A stretch of 64,000 nucleotides of DNA from Bugula neritina (lineage: Eukaryota; Animalia; Bryozoa), in contig OZ037765.1 in assembly GCA_964035545.1 (NCBI GenBank), positions 6,644,698-6,708,697 on the forward strand, written 5' to 3'. The first letter of the stretch is position 1, and each line of letters opens with the position of its first letter. The notes under the pieces are model-generated. The model was given only the letters and a program-made list of their open reading frames with translations. It had not been told where the DNA came from and searched no databases. This document shows, in pieces, positions 41,525-53,479 of this stretch. The translations under genes were made by a program, and so were the position numbers.

Positions 41525-43911
41525 TCACAAAGTTGGGTCAATGTTTTCCATTTTTGCAGAGTAAACTATAATCCACGAAACCTGAAAACATACAAGTATA
41601 CAGAGCTGCATACAGTAGATAACATTTCTTGACCAGTTTATTAAAACCACCAACTTCCTAGAACAGCAACACAAACTGTCTTTATAATATAGAGAGGGCT
41701 TTAGATATTACATTTTGGTATTATGTCATTTCCTGCAGTAATTTTATGTCTGTTAGTTTGGCTTACAGGTTTTTTGAAATTACAACCGTATATAAACATG
41801 AAACTACACATACCCAAGCTTCAGACAGTAAAGACAATTCACTCTGATAAAACTCACCAAGAATGTAGCGAAAGAACTCATCATGCCTTCTTTCAATATC
41901 TCAGTCATACCTCCATATTCCTCATCGTCTACGTTCTGGTATGATGTTGTATACAGATAAACTATGAAACAGTTGGTGAGTAAAAACCTGAAACAAATAG
42001 TAAAACATATGCAATTGTTGTTTTTGTAAATTTCATGTAAATCTAGAACATTTTAAACACGCATTGAATCATGACATTCCTCTACCTAGAATATATGTTA
42101 CATGCATTTTTAATTAATCTATTACGCCCATAAATGACCTAAAAACAAAATATGGCAAAAAACTGACTTAATGGATATGGAAACAATATGCAAAAATAGT
42201 CCAATCCAATCCCAGGCACAGAGACTGCTGCACCATAACAGTATTAGCCCATGTATACTAGTAGTGGCTTCGTTTTGGAATTGAATTACTTTTACTCTAG
42301 GCATTGTCTTAACAACTATTGTAATACTAATAAAGTATTCTTATACATGGGGGTTGTAGGTATACCATGCAATAGTTTGGTTCAGTTGGTAATAAAGTCA
42401 ATGTAATAGGACTTACGTGAAAAGACCAATGAACCCTTGAAGTAACAAGTATCCCCACAATATACCCATTATTAAACTGATAATTTGTCTTAACCAATAA
42501 ACAGCATCTAAAAACTCATCCTACAAATGTAAATCATAAATCATGTGTGAGAAATATTAGTAGACAAATGAATATGAAAATATGCAGAAACACGAGGCTA
42601 TCATGTTTTGCTCAGACAAGTAATGCAGCTGGATTGACATATTATAGCCTCAAATATGTGAAAATGATAACTACAATAGGCTATAAACCCAATTAATAAC
42701 CGTTTGAATATTTGTTAAAACATTAAGTTTGCTCATGAATCTTATAACTTGAAAAATCTTTAAGAATTATATTCAATAAAGCAATCAGTTGCTAAATCTG
42801 ATTTTAGTTTTAAACATAAAGCCCTTAGGTTTGTGTTAGATTCTGAGTTAAAAATCTTGATAGGAAATAGTGATAAAACATTAATGCAACATAATTATAA
42901 TATGAAATACTATCAGCTGTAATTATAATATAAATTTAAAACAACATCAGATTTAGCATTTTTTTTAATTTTGCAAGTTAGCTAGTTTTTACAGAATTGG
43001 CATATCTTTATATAAATACATCTTTGTTCAGTGCTCTGTAACCTCCAATAATATTATATAATTTATTACTATTACATATTTACTTTAAATTTTATTTTGA
43101 CAAGTTTCTTCATTCAATAAAAACTAGACATAAATAAACTCATTGTAGTGCAATTTCTTATGAATAAATAACATCATAACTAATTAGTAATTACTTACAG
43201 TTACAAGTATCTAAATCACATAATAATTTGAGTGTTTAACTTATACATAATTTGCTATATACATATTGATACATAATTGTAACAACAAAGTTCTTATAAC
43301 ATTCATTTAACCTAACCGATAGCTTAGCATAACTATAAGCGTTATACTTATAGTTATGCTTATAGTTATACTTATAGTTATAGCCTATGCTATAGCATAG
43401 GGCTAGGCTATAGGAATAGCAATAGAATTATTACTATGAGTATGACTACAGATTACGGTTTAGTGATAGTAATACTAATACTGTAATAGTAATAGCTATG
43501 CTTCAAAATGTTTATAATTGATATTATATTCAATTTTATTATCTTAACTACTATTACTATTAGTATTAGTAATTATTATTACTAATAGTAATACGGTTAG
43601 TATTAATATTATACTTTGCCACACCAAGTCTAAGACTAATTCAGTAAGACTAAGAGTAATTCAAATTGCATGTGTCTTGGACTTGTACTTGTAGAATGAA
43701 AATTTTAAGTTTGCCAAACTGAAACTCTTAGCATAAAACATCAATTCATAAGCAATCACTGCTTAACTTACAACTTTAAACTGTAAGTTAAAACTTTTAG
43801 TTTTACTTTTACCTTGTCTTTCCATGTGAACTCAGCTGTGAACATTTTTTTGAGGCCCGATGGGCTAGCCTCTTCAGTTTCATTAGCTTTGTTTGATTTT
43901 TTATTTGTCAT
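41525..43911 (-). CDS. RAB5IF: RAB5-interacting factor / C20orf24 (OPTI; Rab5ip family)
   Basis: Exons 43911-43813, 42520-42417, 41987-41858, 41581-41525. Motifs WKDKDEFLDAVYWLRQII, VDDEEYGGMTEILKEGMMSSFATFLVSWIIVYS. Confidence 0.93.
43320..43812. repeat. 6-bp-periodic TA-rich tract starting at the donor after the first coding exon of RAB5IF
   Basis: The intron opens gtaaaa gtaaaa ctaaaa (minus strand). Plus strand from 43345: tactta tagtta tgctta tagtta tactta tagtta. Confidence 0.85.
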
Positions 43912-44661
43912 GTTAAAATTGAAAGTAACTATGAGTATAAAGAAAAAAATAAATTCTATGAAATTATCAACAGACAACCAGACTTGGCCAAAATTTTAAT
44001 TCAATCGTTAGCTACTATAAGAAAATTTTGCTATTCAATGAGTGCGAAGTCATCGGAAGCAAAAATGTGAAGAAATGGACTCATTTTCTTTTCAGAGGTG
44101 ACAACCCTTCATTTTTTGTCAGAGCCACGGTAATATAAATTAAAGTGTGGGAATTTTCTATTCATCATTTGAAAACTAGACACTTATGTTAATTACGCAA
44201 ATAGAAACACACAACAATAATTTCAGTAACACTATTTATTTAACACACCAATTATAACATACAATATAAAATTAATGTAAGCTAGCAACTAGAATATTTT
44301 TAAAAAATGCACTGAGATATAACTATTCACAATTGTGAATAAATGAAAGACAATGTAGACTGGAAATGGCAACAGTGCCAAAGTACAAAAAATATCCTTA
44401 TCATCGACTCGAAAAAACGATGCATGGTATAATTAACTAACTATACATTCAAATTGTATAACCTAAATATAACGCATGATGTTCTCAAAACATCTTCTCA
44501 ATCTAGTTTGTGATATCGTAGCAACAATAGATAAAGAGACAGAACGTGTTTGATAAGATACAAAAGTCCCCTAATCATTAGCACTTATATTCACTTCATA
44601 TTGCCAAGGTTGTAAAATAGTAGGTTATAAGATAGTAAATAGCATTCTAGAAAATCCAAAT

Positions 44662-46782
44662 CTATTTGTTTCGTTTGAATATTTTTTCAGCAAAAGAAAT
44701 GAACATCTCTTTTGGCAAATACGGTGAGGACAGAGAGCTAATCTTGGCCATCAGCTTCTGATAGCTTTCCTCTTCATAGTCTCTGTATCTCTTCTTCAAA
44801 TCTAGCTCAACAAACAGCTCTTTCACTATCTTCACCTATAAAGTAAACAATGTTTAAGTAATTTGTATAATTAATATTAAAATGACATGGCAAATTATCA
44901 GTTTAAAAATGACTCTATTCTAAGAAATTACAAGAACTTATCGTTTTATGGTTTGAGCTACTCACAAATAAAATTACTGCAAATTGAGAAGTTGACGAAT
45001 TGAATTTGTTTAAAATAAAGACTTAAATTTAACGCATCATCACTGTTCAGTCTGTCATAAGCAAGCCTACGACACTCATATCCTTATACTAGAGTAACTT
45101 GATGCACTACTCACTGAGGCGGGGTCCTTGCAGGCGTAGTGAGTCTCCAGCAGCTCTCGCTGTGTGCTGCTGCACATAATCAGAGCCTGGTTGATGAGCC
45201 AACCACATTTGTTGTCTTCAATGTCTGTACCAATCTTACCCGTCACTGCAGGGTCTCCAAAGCAGTCTAAATAGTCATCCTGCACTTGGAAAAAATGTCC
45301 CATCTCCAGAAGTATCTCCTTTGCTTTATCAAAGCTCGCATCCTAAAGGTAATATCTTATATATTTAACACAAAATAATTATATTAAAAACTACAAAAGA
45401 AATACAAATATTCCGTTAAAAAAATTCTATAAAATATGCAAACTTCGAACATATTCCCAGCATGTAAATTTAGAGCAACTATGTCTATGTTTACTCATAA
45501 TAAAATAACTAAATCACAAACTGGGCATGTTTGTCACACTAGCTTATTGTGGGACATGAGTGAATGACAGCTAAATTATTTCCCTTACATCTTGCACTCC
45601 AGCCATGTGCATCGCCAATGCAACTGGTAAGTAAAAGGAGTAGAAAGCAGTTTTCCATTTCACAATAGCATCGTATCTGCTCATAGAGAACTTTGAAAAG
45701 TCGACAACTTCCTCTTCTGCCGTGAGAAGATCTAACCCTTGACCTATCACTGTCTGCAAGGTCGTCTCGTGAAACAACTCCATGATGTCCACATAATATT
45801 TCTCCTGACGGAAATACTTTTTCAATACTTTATAAATTGCAGCCTCCAGATAAAAAGCATCATTGATAGCTATCATGCCGATATTGTCTTGTTTATACCA
45901 GCATGGCCTGCCTCTCCGAGTGACGGAGTGATCCATAATGTCATCCGCTACTAGGAAGTATGCTTGTAGCCATTCAACACACCACCCCAAAACTCTAGCC
46001 TTAAAGAGTTCTTTATCAGAATGATTGACTATGAGATATTTATAGGAAGTGGCTACTGATACGCCCCTGTTCTTCTTCCCATGTGGTACATTGTAATCAC
46101 CTATAACAAGATAAACCCATGTTGTATTCATACCTATTGTTGATTGCTCTCTAAGCCATATCAGCACCTGTTGAACACAGCTTATCTTTTAAACATAAAA
46201 AATTGTCAAAAACATTACACAACAACTCTTGTAAATGTATTAAACAACCAAAACTTAGTTACTTCAACGGCTATGTAATAACAAGCAGCTATCATGCTGA
46301 ATATTGGCTCACAATGACTCTTCAGTTTCTTTCAAATTAAGTTAACTTTTTGGCAGTTGCAAAAAGTGCCTCATTTTAACACAAATCTGCAATCTTCAAA
46401 AAGAATAGCTAACCAGAGGTCTTAAGATTTGACCAACTATAAGCATGACTTAATTTAATAAAATACCAAAACATATCCAGTAAAGCAGAAAAAAGCTATT
46501 CAATTTAAATTATCATTGTGACACGAATCATGATTCTACTATCTCTCAGGTGAAATAACTGGGGCACTTACAAACTTTAAGAAAGTGGGTCATGGCAGTT
46601 CCAATTTCAGCATCACCTGAAACCTGGCCTTCATTCAGACATTCTTCCATCAATATTTTAAAGACTTCGTCAAACTCGCTCAGCTCTTGTTTTGGATCTA
46701 TTTTAACCTTAGATGTCTGCTGTGCTGGTAACAGATGACCATTGCCATTAATGGCTGCAATCACATTCCCATTACCATTCAT
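44662..46782 (-). CDS. FDPS: Farnesyl pyrophosphate synthase (374 aa)
   Basis: Exons 46782-46572, 46100-45589, 45342-45115, 44835-44662, phase-consistent. Motifs [26 protein letters not shown] (aromatic YF chain-length gate), [46 protein letters not shown], basic C-terminus KIFKRNK. Confidence 0.97.
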
Positions 46783-48038
46783 GGTGAGCAACCTAAAGCA
46801 AAAACATCACCATACTAAGCAATAAATTATCATAAACAGTAAAATTGGCTACTAAACCTTTTAAACTGTCTTGTTTCTGAGTAAGCAATGAATATTATAT
46901 AACCATGATACACTAAAAGCATACAAATTCATTTATTATAGCCAAGTGAAACAACGACAGTCCATAATTACATGTTAATTTAAAAACAATGAGTTACAAT
47001 CAAAATACATTAAAATTAAAATTTTTATAACTTTCATTTTTACAATTACAGTAATGTGTGACCACCATTATTGACAGTATTAAAAAATTCCATAGTAATT
47101 AGTAGTTGATGATTAATCAAATTAAGTTATCACATTAACTCAGTATTAACTATAAATTATGACAACAATAAAAAATATTGAATCCTAATAACCAAATTCA
47201 GTTATAGTATTCAACCAAATCACACCAAAACTTGAAAATGTACTGGATAATTACCCATTCAAAAATCCATTGCAAAACAGTAATAATATTAAAGCGTAAT
47301 GGTAGCAAAAAGTCATGAAGTGAACCTGATTAAAAAGTTTAATGAAAATGTTTAGATGACAATGGTGATAACACATTTATTAACAAATTAGGTAAAACGT
47401 AGTGATTTTAATTGACTTGATTTGTAATATATAACAATAATATCGTTAGACAAACATTTATATTTGTATTATGATTACTATTTCATGTGCATATTACTGA
47501 TACTACACGATGAAGAAAATAATATGCCAACAGACAATAGTCATAAAGATGTTTGAACATTAACAACATTAATTTGCTTAGCAGTGTGGAGTGAGGATTC
47601 CAAGTTAATCTTGAGACTTATCTTTAAGTCTATCCTATGTTTTTATCTACGACATTATTATCGTATTATGCTAACCCAAAAGAAGTGTAAACAGTGAGCT
47701 ATCTATGAGCTCACTCCATGTGTTCATATTAGTATTTATATTATTACTATTATAATAAAGAATAATTAAAATTATGAATATTATTGCAACTACAGTTGTA
47801 CAAATCAAACAATATACTTATAGTTATAATCAACAATAATAGCCATCACCCATTAGTATTGTTGTGATTTTGCGGGTTTAATGAAATAGACAAGTAGTCT
47901 GCATGCCAATACTTGTAATTGTTAAATAAAAGTCTTTGTAAAATGTTGATTCTAATAGTCTTTATTGATGTGTCCTCTGCGAGCTCCAGTGTTAGACTGA
48001 TTCATACTAGAAAAACTCACGCTTATATACAGAGGGGT

Positions 48039-48145
48039 CCGAAGTTCGTACGAAGTTCGGAGTTCCGGCGACCGATGTCGGAAATATCCGGTCCGATCTC
48101 GGACAGGCTCCTCCGACATCGGTTCCGACTTCGAACGAGCTTCGG
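48039..48145. repeat. CpG-rich imperfect palindrome (short foldback/MITE-like)
   Basis: ccgaagttcgtacgaagttcgga...accgatgtcgga pairs with tccgacatcggt tccgacttcgaacgagcttcgg. Confidence 0.8.
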
Positions 48146-48268
48146 CTCACATAGTTAATTATTTATAAAACAAAAAGAAAAGTGGCAGGGAATACAACTC
48201 ACAAAAACTAGTACAGTAAACAAACAAAAATAATAGAAAGGGCAATTCACAATCATTACGCTATTTAC

Positions 48269-48466
48269 TGTTGTGTTTAGTGTTACAATGTCACACCGGA
48301 TATATACCCCCAGCGGGGCAGAAGCGAGATTTCGAATGTTAGAAGTCAAGTTTAGGTTTCGGCTGGCCAGCCATAGAAATACTTTTAAATTCTTATTTTA
48401 CTACTAGTAGCGTACTTGTCATTGACTGCAACGTTCACATCATCATACGAAGGTAAGAATACAACA
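48269..48466 (+). repeat. 5' LTR
   Basis: Direct repeat of 52897-53094; G at 48410 versus A at 53038 is the only difference seen. Confidence 0.97.
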
Positions 48467-48477
48467 TGGTGGCAGCG
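48467..48477 (+). other. Primer-binding site complementary to the 3' end of tRNA-Leu
   Basis: TGGTGGCAGCG is the reverse complement of ...CGCTGCCA-CCA, the 3' end of metazoan tRNA-Leu(AAG). Confidence 0.8.
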
Positions 48478-48735
48478 CGTACTAACTTCAGCTGCAGATT
48501 AAGTCTGATTATATGATTCACTGGTTGTGAGCAATCAATTCATTGACGGCTTTTCTCTACTCTTCCAGTGATTTGAATTGTTTGTTTGATACTTGCTGTT
48601 GTTCTGCCTGAAGTTTTGTGTTTGTTTTTTCTTTTTATGTTGAACTTGCGGCTCTTTTGATGGTTGCAGTTTGAGTTTAGTATTGTGGTGGTTTTCTTTT
48701 GTTATTTGTGAATTTGTCCGTTGTTTGATAAAGTC

Positions 48736-51700
48736 ATGGATGGTCTCAGACAGCCTTCTGGGATGTGTTTTGAGGGCAATGTGTCGGAGAACTGGAAACG
48801 ATTCCGCAGAAATTTTGAAAATTATTTGATGGCTATTGATGTAGTTCTAACTCCCAAAGCGAATCCCACAGACCCTGAACCTGCCGGCAATGCAGCCATA
48901 TCCCGGAGGCAGATAGCAATGTTTCTGCATATTGCTGGCGACGAGACCAATGAGATTTTCTCACAGTTGGAGGCCCCAGCTGGGAAAAGTAAGACGGTAC
49001 TAAGTGATGTACTGGATATGTTTGATACATATTGTAACCCGAGAAAAAATGAGCTCTATGAGTGGTTTGTGTTCTGGTCGATGTCGCAGACTGAAAGTGA
49101 GCCTATAGATGTATATTTAAAGCGACTCAAGTCACAGGCATCGCGGTGTGACTTTCCAGAGGGTGTGAAGTCAAAGATGTTGCTATGTCGTATCGTTTTT
49201 GGCTTGACATCTGTAAAGCTGAAGGAAAGATTACTTCGTGACAACACGATGACTTTAGAAAAAGCCGTAGAGGATATTCGGGCTACTGAGATGACTGAAG
49301 CACAGCTGAGCCTGATTGCTGATGGGGATAAGTCTAGTTTAGCGATGAGACAGGTTGCCACTGTTGTCAACAAACCCATTCACAAGGGTGGACTTACCAC
49401 TGACAAGAAGATAAAATGCAGATTCTGTTCGTATGAACATGTCTACGGCAAATGTCCGGCATATGGCAAAAAGTGTAACAGTTGTCATGGTTTAAATCAC
49501 TTTGAAAAACGATGCCCAAAAAAGCTCGTTCATGCCGTTGGAGTCGAGACTGGAGAAGAAGTGCTGAATAAAAATCTTTCAACCTTGTTTATCGGAATGG
49601 TAGAGACAGTCGAGGCTAAGAAGTCGTGGTTTGTGGATGTCAAGTTGAAGGACAGTGAAAGAAATTCTTTCAAAGTTGACACAGGAGCCGAAACAAATAC
49701 TGTAACTGAAGCGATGGCCAATAAATTGGGTGTAGAAATAAAACCATCCAAGGTCCGACTCCTGGGGTACAACAGGTCTAGCATACAGACTTCAGGCTGT
49801 GTAACACTGCCTGTGAGTCTTCCTTATTCGGACATGAGCTATAATTTGAGATTTGAGGTGGTTCCCAATAATCTAGCACCGATTTTAGGTTTAGAGGCAT
49901 GTGAGTTACTAAAAATTGTGCAAAGAGTTAATGAAATAACTCCGGCAGACATCCTGGCCGAATATCCTGATGTTTTTGAAAGGATTGGGTGCTTGGATGG
50001 TGAACATAATATATCGATAGACGCGTCTATAAAACCAGTGATTCACCCACCAAGGCGTGTGCCCCTTAGCATGATGGATCGTGTTAAAACTGAACTGGAG
50101 CGGATGGAGTCTGTCGACATTATCAGGAAAGTAGATCAACCAACCATGTGGGTAAATAGTATGGTTTGTGTCGAAAAGAGAGACGGTTCTGTGCGCATAT
50201 GTCTGGACCCAAAAGACTTAAATCGTGCAGTTCGACGTGAACATCATAAAATTCCTACTTTGGAGGATATTGCATTCAGGTTTAATGGCATGAAACACTT
50301 TACTATTCTGGATATGAAGCATGGCTATTGGCATATCCGCCTATCCCCTGAAAGTAGTCTTCTCACTACGTTCAACACGCCATTTGGCAGATATTGCTAT
50401 AAAAGACTACCATTTGGCCTTCACTCATCTGCCGAAGTGTTCGAAAAACGTGTCGAACAGATTTTTGGTGATCTAGCGGTCTCCATATACTTTGATGACC
50501 TAATTGTGGCCGGTCGCACGCAGGCGGAACATGACAATAACCTCCACAAAGTATTGCAGAGAGCCCGGGAGTGCAATGTGCGTTTTAACAAAGAAAAAAT
50601 TCAAGTCAATCGCCAAGAAGTCAACTACCTTGGGCATATTGTGTCCGTAGATGGTCTAAAGCCTGACCCAAACAAGGTGTCAGCTATTGCAGACATGCCT
50701 GAACCCACAGACAGAAATGGTGTACAACGGCTGTTGGGCACAGTCAACTTTCTTAGGAACTACATCCCGAATATGTCCACAATTACTGAACCTCTCAGAT
50801 GCCTTTTGAAGAAGGATGTGGATTGGTTCTGGGGTCCAGAACAGCAATCAGCCATGGCCAATATCAGAAGTGTTCTCATGAATGACAGTGTTTTGAAGTA
50901 CTTTGATGTAAACAAGCCGGTAAATCTCCAAGTAGATGCCTCTAAGTCTGGGCTTGGTGCTGTGCTACTACAGCAGGGTAGGCCTGTAGCCTATGGCTCT
51001 CGGGCCCTGACCAGTGCTGAGATCAATTATCCCCAAATTGATAAAGAGTTACTAGCTATGGTCTTTGGCTGTGAGTACTTCCATAGCTATGTTTATGGTC
51101 GTCCTATAGCACTACAGACTGATCACAGTCCCTTGTTATCCATAATGAAGAAACCTTTACATAAAGCATCTCCACGGCTACAACGACTGCTCCTGAGATT
51201 ACAACGTTATGAAGTAGCCCAGGTCACCTATGTCCCAGGGAAATATCTCTATCTTGCTGATACTCTGTCTAGAGCGTATAGCACCAAGACTCCGTCGACC
51301 CAAGCTGACCTGGAGGATGAAGTAGTGATGGTTCACTCGCTGGAGGTTGCAAGTGAGATGAGTGACTGGTTGAGTACGGCATATTCGGATGACACAACAA
51401 TGTCGGATCTCAAGCAGGCGTGCCAAGAGGGTTGGGACTGGACGCATCGTAGTCATGCACCTGCCAACCTACAACCCTATTGGTTGGTAAGAGATGAACT
51501 ATATGAAGCTGGTGGTTTTCTTTTCGTAGGTGAGCGCCTAGTTGTTCCGGTTGGTGCACGAAAAGAAATGTTGAACAAGATTCACCAGGGACATTTGGGA
51601 ATACAGAAGTGTAAAGAGCGAGCCCGTAGGTCTGTTTATTGGCCGGGACTGAATCAGGACATCTATTCAAAGGTTAGCCTATGCAGTGAGTGTGCTATGT

Positions 51701-52680
51701 TTGCGAACAGGCAGTCAAAGGAGCCACTTATGCCTCATGACACGCCCACATTGCCGTGGTACACTGTAGCCATGGATATAATGCAGTTTCACGGTCAGGA
51801 CTACTTGTTAGTAGTTGACTGCATGTCACACTTTCCCGAACTACGTTTATTAGGTGGAAAAACTGCAGAACATGTTGTCATGGCCCTGAAATCCATATTT
51901 TCAATTCATGGCGTGCCCAAATCCATTATGGCGGACAATATGCCCTTTACAAGTCATGTGATGAAACAGTTTGGTAAGGATTGGTGTTTTGATATTGTTA
52001 CCTCCAGTCCACACCATCATCAGTCAAATGGTCTTGCTGAACGGTATGTTCAGACTGTGAAGCAGTTTTTAAGGAAGTGTGAACAGTCTCAGGTTGATGT
52101 GTATCACTCTCTACTAGTCTACAGAGAGACACCACTGAGTGGTTGTCTATATAGTCCAGCAGAGATGCTTTTCAGCAGGAATTTGAGAACTGGACTCCCG
52201 ACGACTACCGCATTCCTGACTCCAAGTACAGTAAATTCCACTGGTGCTCTCAAAGCAAGACAACAGACAGCTAAAGCATATTACGATCAGCGGACAAAGG
52301 AACTACCCAATTTACCCCTAGGCTCTGAAGTATTTATGAGAGCTGGTCCAGAAAAGATCTGGACACCTGGATGTGTGGTTGGACATCATGGTGCACCGAG
52401 GTCATACCTCGTTGATAATGGGTCTCGACTCCTAAGGAGAAATCGAGTTCATTTGAAACCCAATAACACGATTGTTCGTCCTAGTTCCGAGCTGGACTCT
52501 TCTAGCCCAACGGATACTGAAGAGCTACCAAACCCCAATCTTCCAACACCAGTTGTGTCAGACCAGGAAGTTAAAGCAGTTACCCCAACTCGCAGTGTTG
52601 TCCCCCCTATCGGTAGGCGAGGTGTTAGGTCCAGTAGAGGGGTGCTTCCATCAAGATTTAAAGATTTTGATATGAACTAG
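48736..52680 (+). CDS. Gag-Pol polyprotein (Gag zinc knuckles, aspartic protease, RT, RNase H, integrase)
   Basis: Uninterrupted ORF from ATG 48736. CNSCHGLNHFEKRC knuckle, FKVDTGA protease, LPFGL/YFDD reverse transcriptase, VDASKSGLG RNase H, HQGH...C..C integrase zinc finger plus DDE core (..DN..; SNGLAER). PR-RT-RH-IN order is Gypsy-type. Confidence 0.97.
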   Translation: MDGLRQPSGMCFEGNVSENWKRFRRNFENYLMAIDVVLTPKANPTDPEPAGNAAISRRQIAMFLHIAGDETNEIFSQLEAPAGKSKTVLSDVLDMFDTYCNPRKNELYEWFVFWSMSQTESEPIDVYLKRLKSQASRCDFPEGVKSKMLLCRIVFGLTSVKLKERLLRDNTMTLEKAVEDIRATEMTEAQLSLIADGDKSSLAMRQVATVVNKPIHKGGLTTDKKIKCRFCSYEHVYGKCPAYGKKCNSCHGLNHFEKRCPKKLVHAVGVETGEEVLNKNLSTLFIGMVETVEAKKSWFVDVKLKDSERNSFKVDTGAETNTVTEAMANKLGVEIKPSKVRLLGYNRSSIQTSGCVTLPVSLPYSDMSYNLRFEVVPNNLAPILGLEACELLKIVQRVNEITPADILAEYPDVFERIGCLDGEHNISIDASIKPVIHPPRRVPLSMMDRVKTELERMESVDIIRKVDQPTMWVNSMVCVEKRDGSVRICLDPKDLNRAVRREHHKIPTLEDIAFRFNGMKHFTILDMKHGYWHIRLSPESSLLTTFNTPFGRYCYKRLPFGLHSSAEVFEKRVEQIFGDLAVSIYFDDLIVAGRTQAEHDNNLHKVLQRARECNVRFNKEKIQVNRQEVNYLGHIVSVDGLKPDPNKVSAIADMPEPTDRNGVQRLLGTVNFLRNYIPNMSTITEPLRCLLKKDVDWFWGPEQQSAMANIRSVLMNDSVLKYFDVNKPVNLQVDASKSGLGAVLLQQGRPVAYGSRALTSAEINYPQIDKELLAMVFGCEYFHSYVYGRPIALQTDHSPLLSIMKKPLHKASPRLQRLLLRLQRYEVAQVTYVPGKYLYLADTLSRAYSTKTPSTQADLEDEVVMVHSLEVASEMSDWLSTAYSDDTTMSDLKQACQEGWDWTHRSHAPANLQPYWLVRDELYEAGGFLFVGERLVVPVGARKEMLNKIHQGHLGIQKCKERARRSVYWPGLNQDIYSKVSLCSECAMFANRQSKEPLMPHDTPTLPWYTVAMDIMQFHGQDYLLVVDCMSHFPELRLLGGKTAEHVVMALKSIFSIHGVPKSIMADNMPFTSHVMKQFGKDWCFDIVTSSPHHHQSNGLAERYVQTVKQFLRKCEQSQVDVYHSLLVYRETPLSGCLYSPAEMLFSRNLRTGLPTTTAFLTPSTVNSTGALKARQQTAKAYYDQRTKELPNLPLGSEVFMRAGPEKIWTPGCVVGHHGAPRSYLVDNGSRLLRRNRVHLKPNNTIVRPSSELDSSSPTDTEELPNPNLPTPVVSDQEVKAVTPTRSVVPPIGRRGVRSSRGVLPSRFKDFDMN

Positions 52681-52896
52681 GAGGCTTTGATACTCCTTAC
52701 TTTGTACATAGTTTGTTTTACTACACTCAGTCAGTTAGCTCTTATTGTCCTGTCTTCTTTGGAGATTCTACACATATATGTTACTTTTTATTTTATTTCT
52801 TTCCATGTTCATCTTCACTGTTACTGTCATATTACTGGTAAAGGATGTTACGTTTATTTTACACGGGTTATCACCGTTCTTTGTTGAGAGGGAGGA

Positions 52897-53094
52897 TGTT
52901 GTGTTTAGTGTTACAATGTCACACCGGATATATACCCCCAGCGGGGCAGAAGCGAGATTTCGAATGTTAGAAGTCAAGTTTAGGTTTCGGCTGGCCAGCC
53001 ATAGAAATACTTTTAAATTCTTATTTTACTACTAGTAACGTACTTGTCATTGACTGCAACGTTCACATCATCATACGAAGGTAAGAATACAACA
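52897..53094 (+). repeat. 3' LTR
   Basis: Direct repeat of 48269-48466, preceded by the PPT. Confidence 0.97.
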
Positions 53095-53479
53095 ATTTAC
53101 TACACTAAGAGCTTAGCTATAATTACAATATTTGAGGCATTAGAAAGCTACGCAAGGAGCTTAGCTATAATTACAGCATTTACAGTATTTACAAAGTTAC
53201 GCTAAGTCCATTATAATAGTGACGCGATATAATTACTAGAGCGTTAAAATCTATTACAGTATTACCATTAGACTTAGTCCTTAGATTTACTAATTTGCTG
53301 TTAATCATTAAATGCAATGTATTATTGTAAATGTATAGCGATTACATTTTTATTTACTATAACCACATGCTATTTAAATTATAAACTAAAACTTAAAAGT
53401 TGAAACAAAGTGACCGTGTACTTGTAGATACCTTAAACTACAAAATCGAGTAAATAACCGGGTCTAATTACTAACTAGA

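Larger units (their letters stand above)
48269..53094 (+). mobile_element. Full-length Ty3/Gypsy LTR retrotransposon (Mag-clade-like), 4826 bp
   Basis: 198-bp LTRs 48269-48466 and 52897-53094 (TGTTGT...ACAACA), one mismatch. PBS TGGTGGCAGCG at 48467. Polypurine tract gagagggagga 52886-52896. 6-bp TSD ATTTAC (48263-48268, 53095-53100). Single gag-pol ORF. Confidence 0.97.

Noticed and set aside
45940-45970. FDPS as a neofunctionalised terpene synthase or longer-chain prenyltransferase
   Set aside because: FARM (DDIMD) with aromatic YF gate, RRG loop, KT motif, SARM (DDYLD) and the basic C-terminus are all canonical for FPP synthase.
48833-51670. Several antisense ORFs inside gag-pol
   Set aside because: Short, no recognisable motifs, and expected opposite a long ORF.
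52687-53035. Hydrophobic ORFs after pol as a possible env gene
   Set aside because: Only ~215 bp lie between the pol stop and the LTR; T-rich 3'UTR translation with non-ATG starts.
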